Positions 60,101 to 64,000 of a stretch of DNA of 64,000 nt are shown piece after piece. A program made the translations under genes and the position numbers. Origin of the DNA: Antedon mediterranea (taxonomy: Eukaryota > Animalia > Echinodermata). The notes under the pieces are model-generated. The model was not told the origin of the DNA. It did not search any database and saw only the letters and a list, made by a program, of their open reading frames with translations. The stretch is from assembly GCF_964355755.1 (NCBI RefSeq), contig NC_092672.1, positions 1,860,001 through 1,924,000 of the forward strand, read 5' to 3'. How positions within the stretch are numbered: the stretch's first letter is position 1; every line of letters begins with the position of its first letter.

Positions 60101-61635
60101 AAAACACTTAAATCTCATTTCTGTAGTTCATATTTGTCTGGGTCATGTCTTTTTTCTGGCTATAGTTTTTAGCAAGATTAATTATAAAACATATTACATT
60201 CTGTAGAGCGACCTCCAGTCTAAAAGCAAACACCATTGAATTGAGAAACAAAGAGAAAGGCTTTGACCTCGCTTCATTGACTGGATGATGATCATTCATT
60301 CTATTTATTGCAAACATTAACACTTTCGCATAATGGACGTGTATTTACTTTTACATTAACCACACATGAATAGCCTATAGGAAAATGAAGTTTGAAACTG
60401 CAATATCCAAGAGAGAAAAGATTTATAAATTTCCCCTAAGAAAGACGATGTGTGATATTTAGTCATGGACGAAAATAGAGAATAATTTATGCTATACATT
60501 GATTGGATGAAAATATATTTTTTATGATTTTAAAAGTGTTTACACGATTGATCTTTATTAAAGCTCTGTCTACACTATCAAACTTCTTTGAAAAAAAAGT
60601 GTGATATGCCTAAATATGGTAGTGATATGACATCATGGTGTCAATATATTCGCACATCACTTTTTTTGTCACATAAAGTTTGATTGTGTAGACAGTTTCT
60701 CTTGTAAATACCATAAAACATATTGTATAAGTTTATAACAAATTTAATCATGCAATAGTCTTGGTGAGAAACAAGAAAAGGCTAGATTGCGTGTATGCAT
60801 GCATGTTTACAAATAGCATGGCTGACAATAGCCATTCTACCAACTAATCCACATAGCAATGGCAAATGTAAAACAAGTATTTACAATCCACTTGTGCAAA
60901 CAGGTGTATATTCAAACAAACTGTACGATGCCACATTCTGTTTCAACCAACAATGTAAAAATTGACGTCAACATTAAATTCTCTTTTATTCTTTTGCAGT
61001 AAAACCATACAGATGTGAGTGTGCAACAATGTTTAATCAACGCATTGGATAAACAGTATCGACCTACAAATGTTAACTTCTTCTCATACCTAAATTATAT
61101 TGTTAGATATAAAATTGAAAGTTTCAATAACTATTTTTTCAGAAGGACAATGCATCCTTTAATTTTCATAATTTTTAGGCTCTCTGCCCCATATTTCAAA
61201 ATCGTTGATCCGCAGTTGGGCTTGCTTTCCAGACTCATTAAAGTTGCATCAGACAATAAGAAACATTGGCACATGATGTAGAGAGGATCATTTTGACTTT
61301 CTAAAAGTGAGATTGATACTTAAGCACCGTAACACCTACTCCACAATACTTGAAAACAGAACACAGGTGACAAAAACACTGAAGGAAGTAAAAGATAAAG
61401 CAAGTATTGTACCAAGGAATAATACCTTTACTTAAAATGACCATAGCATATCAAGTCTTACCTAATTGTATAACAAGTATTTCCTGTTTATATATTATGA
61501 TATCCGTGAAGAGTTGTTGAAATTAATTCTCTCACCTTTAACACCTTCAATTTAATTTAAAACGATTCACAATGCAAGAGATTTGTACAGTAAAATGCAA
61601 CACTAAAGTCATTAGATAAGGGGGCGGGTCAACAT

Positions 61636-61835
61636 TATTTTACTGCAGTAAACTACATTTTTACTGCAGTAACTACATTCTTTACTGCTGTAAAGGTTTA
61701 AATTTTTGTTTTCAAAGTAGGAGTCACTGCAATAAACAGGGTGTATGATTACCCAGAAAAAAGCTTGCTAAATAATTGTACAAACAGGTTAAAGAGTACA
61801 AAAAGTAGTTACTGCAGTAACTGCAATAAAATAAT
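61636..61835. mobile_element. MITE family with TACTGCAGTAACT repeats
   Basis: Inverted clusters of TTACTGCAGTAACT; similar copies near 36420, 48830-48905, 50165-50370 and 55980-56117. Confidence 0.55.
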
Positions 61836-64000
61836 CTTGAAAACCTTGTGTGTTAATGTGAAGATAGTGGTAACTGAAATACTATTCTTGATAGCAACAC
61901 GACAGAACAACATGATTATACCTGAACATCTTAGAAATGATTTTAAATACTATGTACCTATATAGTCACGGACGTATAAAGATAAAGACACAAGCACGAA
62001 CATGAATCAGGTTTTAATAAGGAGTGTGATAGTTTGTTGGTTTTTGTTCACCAAATGGACAAACCAATTAAGATGACCATTCACATACTACGCATTATTG
62101 AAACTGCGTTAAACAAACAAATCAAGAAATATCGGTTTTTGTAGCACTTTGCGATGGACACAACAATTGATCCGTGCTCTTGCAACAATGTTGGACAATT
62201 GCAAAAGTCCATTATTTGCGTGTCATTGTAACACATGTTAGAAAATCTGAGAGAGGGTTTAATGACGAACACAGAAAAACAAATGAACTTTTCTAAGCAA
62301 TGTAAATATATTGATTGAATTTTAAAGGATAAAACGAAAGGCTAAATTTCAATCTAATGCACATTCATATATAACTATAAAAAGAAAATATTAAAATATG
62401 AAAAAAATAATAATATAAAAATAAAGAATTAACAATAATGATAATACTGTTGGAAAGTGACTAAAATAAGATGATTACGATTCTGCTATTCAAATAATGT
62501 CATTAGAGCAATGATGTCAGATTAAGGCGGACTTGATATGGGTATATATATCTATATAAATAATACAAAAGTAAAATGTGAACCTAAATTTAATAGAAAT
62601 AAAAATATATTTTCCTAGATTGATGATATTTCCAAAAATATCTCCTTTTTCAGAAAAAATCTAGAAATTCCAAAAATAATCAGAAAAAAACATTAAAAAA
62701 GAACTAGGGTATAAAAGTAGAGCACATCAAAAGTATGCCGAAGGTGATAGGTTCAAATCCCTTTGGTATGCCAATCTTATTATTTCAAAATATGAATAAT
62801 AAAGATACTATTAATAATCTTTTACTGTAAAAGACATTTTCCGGAAATTGAGTTTTTGTCGATTCTGAGCTTTGAATTAAAATTAATCCATCAACGAAAA
62901 CTTTCATTATGTTTGATTTTGAAGAGAAATTAGAGGTGTACAAGCACTCTATGTCACGTACATCAAACATGGCCGCTATTCTTCAACAAACATGGCTGCC
63001 ACTCGTCGGCAAACAGCAAACGACGCTATGAGGTACTGCACTGTATTTTGCATTGTCACGGTCATAAAGGCATCTCATGTACAAACAATAACTTGCACAA
63101 GTCAACATTTGCCTAAGTATTGCAGGTATTGCTAACTACCCCATCATTATTCTACTATTTTTGGATCTCACTTAAGTAAAAGCGGCGGCAAAGACCCCTG
63201 CCTTCCTTATATTCATGTGTTCAAATCATTTCATAAGGCAGAATATTCTTTAACCATATCACAGCTAGGTAAAAGTAAAAAAACAAGAAAGAGTTGTCCA
63301 ATCAAATTCTTTAATCTATGTTTAAAATAAAATTAATATCATGTTACCGAATGCTACACAATATTATTATAATTAATATTTATTAATATTTATTAATATT
63401 ATAATATAATTTGCACTGTATAAACTTAAACTTAGTGATAATATAATTTATAATTGAAAGCATGATCTAATAGAAAGTAATACCAAAAATAACACAGAAA
63501 ATAATCATTTTCCTTTACTCTAGATAATTAAAAATAATGAAAAAAAAAGTCTAAATGGGTCAAATAATGAGACTACAAAAAGCACTATACCACTGCGTAA
63601 TTAAAACAGCTATGAGCTAATTTTATACACAAGAGTGCTTTTTGAATCGATTGTTGAAATCTTCAATTCAAAAACAATTACAGAGATTCATTGTATGTGC
63701 CGTCCGTCGTTCATTGAAATAATGGATCTTTCACGCAAAGTAGTATATAATTGCAGACATCGCAGGAATCAATTTCTATGTTGTTGCAATGAAAATGACT
63801 TAATACTATACTAACATATCATTTTTAATTTCTATCAATTATTTTAGTCTTTCTTCATTTTCCAGTACATATATCCTTTAAAAACACATGTACTTAACAG
63901 CATTGTAATAATGAGGAACTGTTACACATAGCTCTAGGCCTCAGAGCAGCAATAACCTACAACAAACATTATAGTGCAGAGCGCAATGCACAACCTACTG

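Noticed and set aside
60108-60323. MLMF.. ORF as the missing Musashi AMLMFDK exon
   Set aside because: Similarity stops after four residues and there are no fitting splice sites; the real exon is probably beyond the window.
62715-62768. tRNA-like B box GGTTCAAATCC
   Set aside because: No cloverleaf; more likely a decayed SINE head.

Overview
AT-rich, intron-rich animal DNA; an invertebrate deuterostome (echinoderm-like) is my inference. The first 12.7 kb hold an intact, very young 12.3-kb Ty3/Gypsy LTR retrotransposon on the minus strand. It has identical 320-bp LTRs, a 4-bp TSD, a tRNA-Ser-type PBS, a PPT and a UUUAAAC -1 frameshift site. Its domain set is unusual: a ComEA-like helix-hairpin-helix at the Gag N-terminus, an H3K4me3-reader-type PHD finger fused to the integrase C-terminus, and a non-env third ORF that is apparently spliced and carries S1/OB-like and C2H2-like motifs. 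The element sits in the last coding exon of an M14 carboxypeptidase-A-like gene that has two further inactivating lesions. Next come a head-to-head RAB34/36 - RPL23A pair (the arrangement also seen in human) and a palindromic tandem array. The rest of the window is the 3' half of a Musashi gene (minus strand) with a candidate 3-nt microexon, interspersed with many MITEs. All calls were made by eye, with no database searches.
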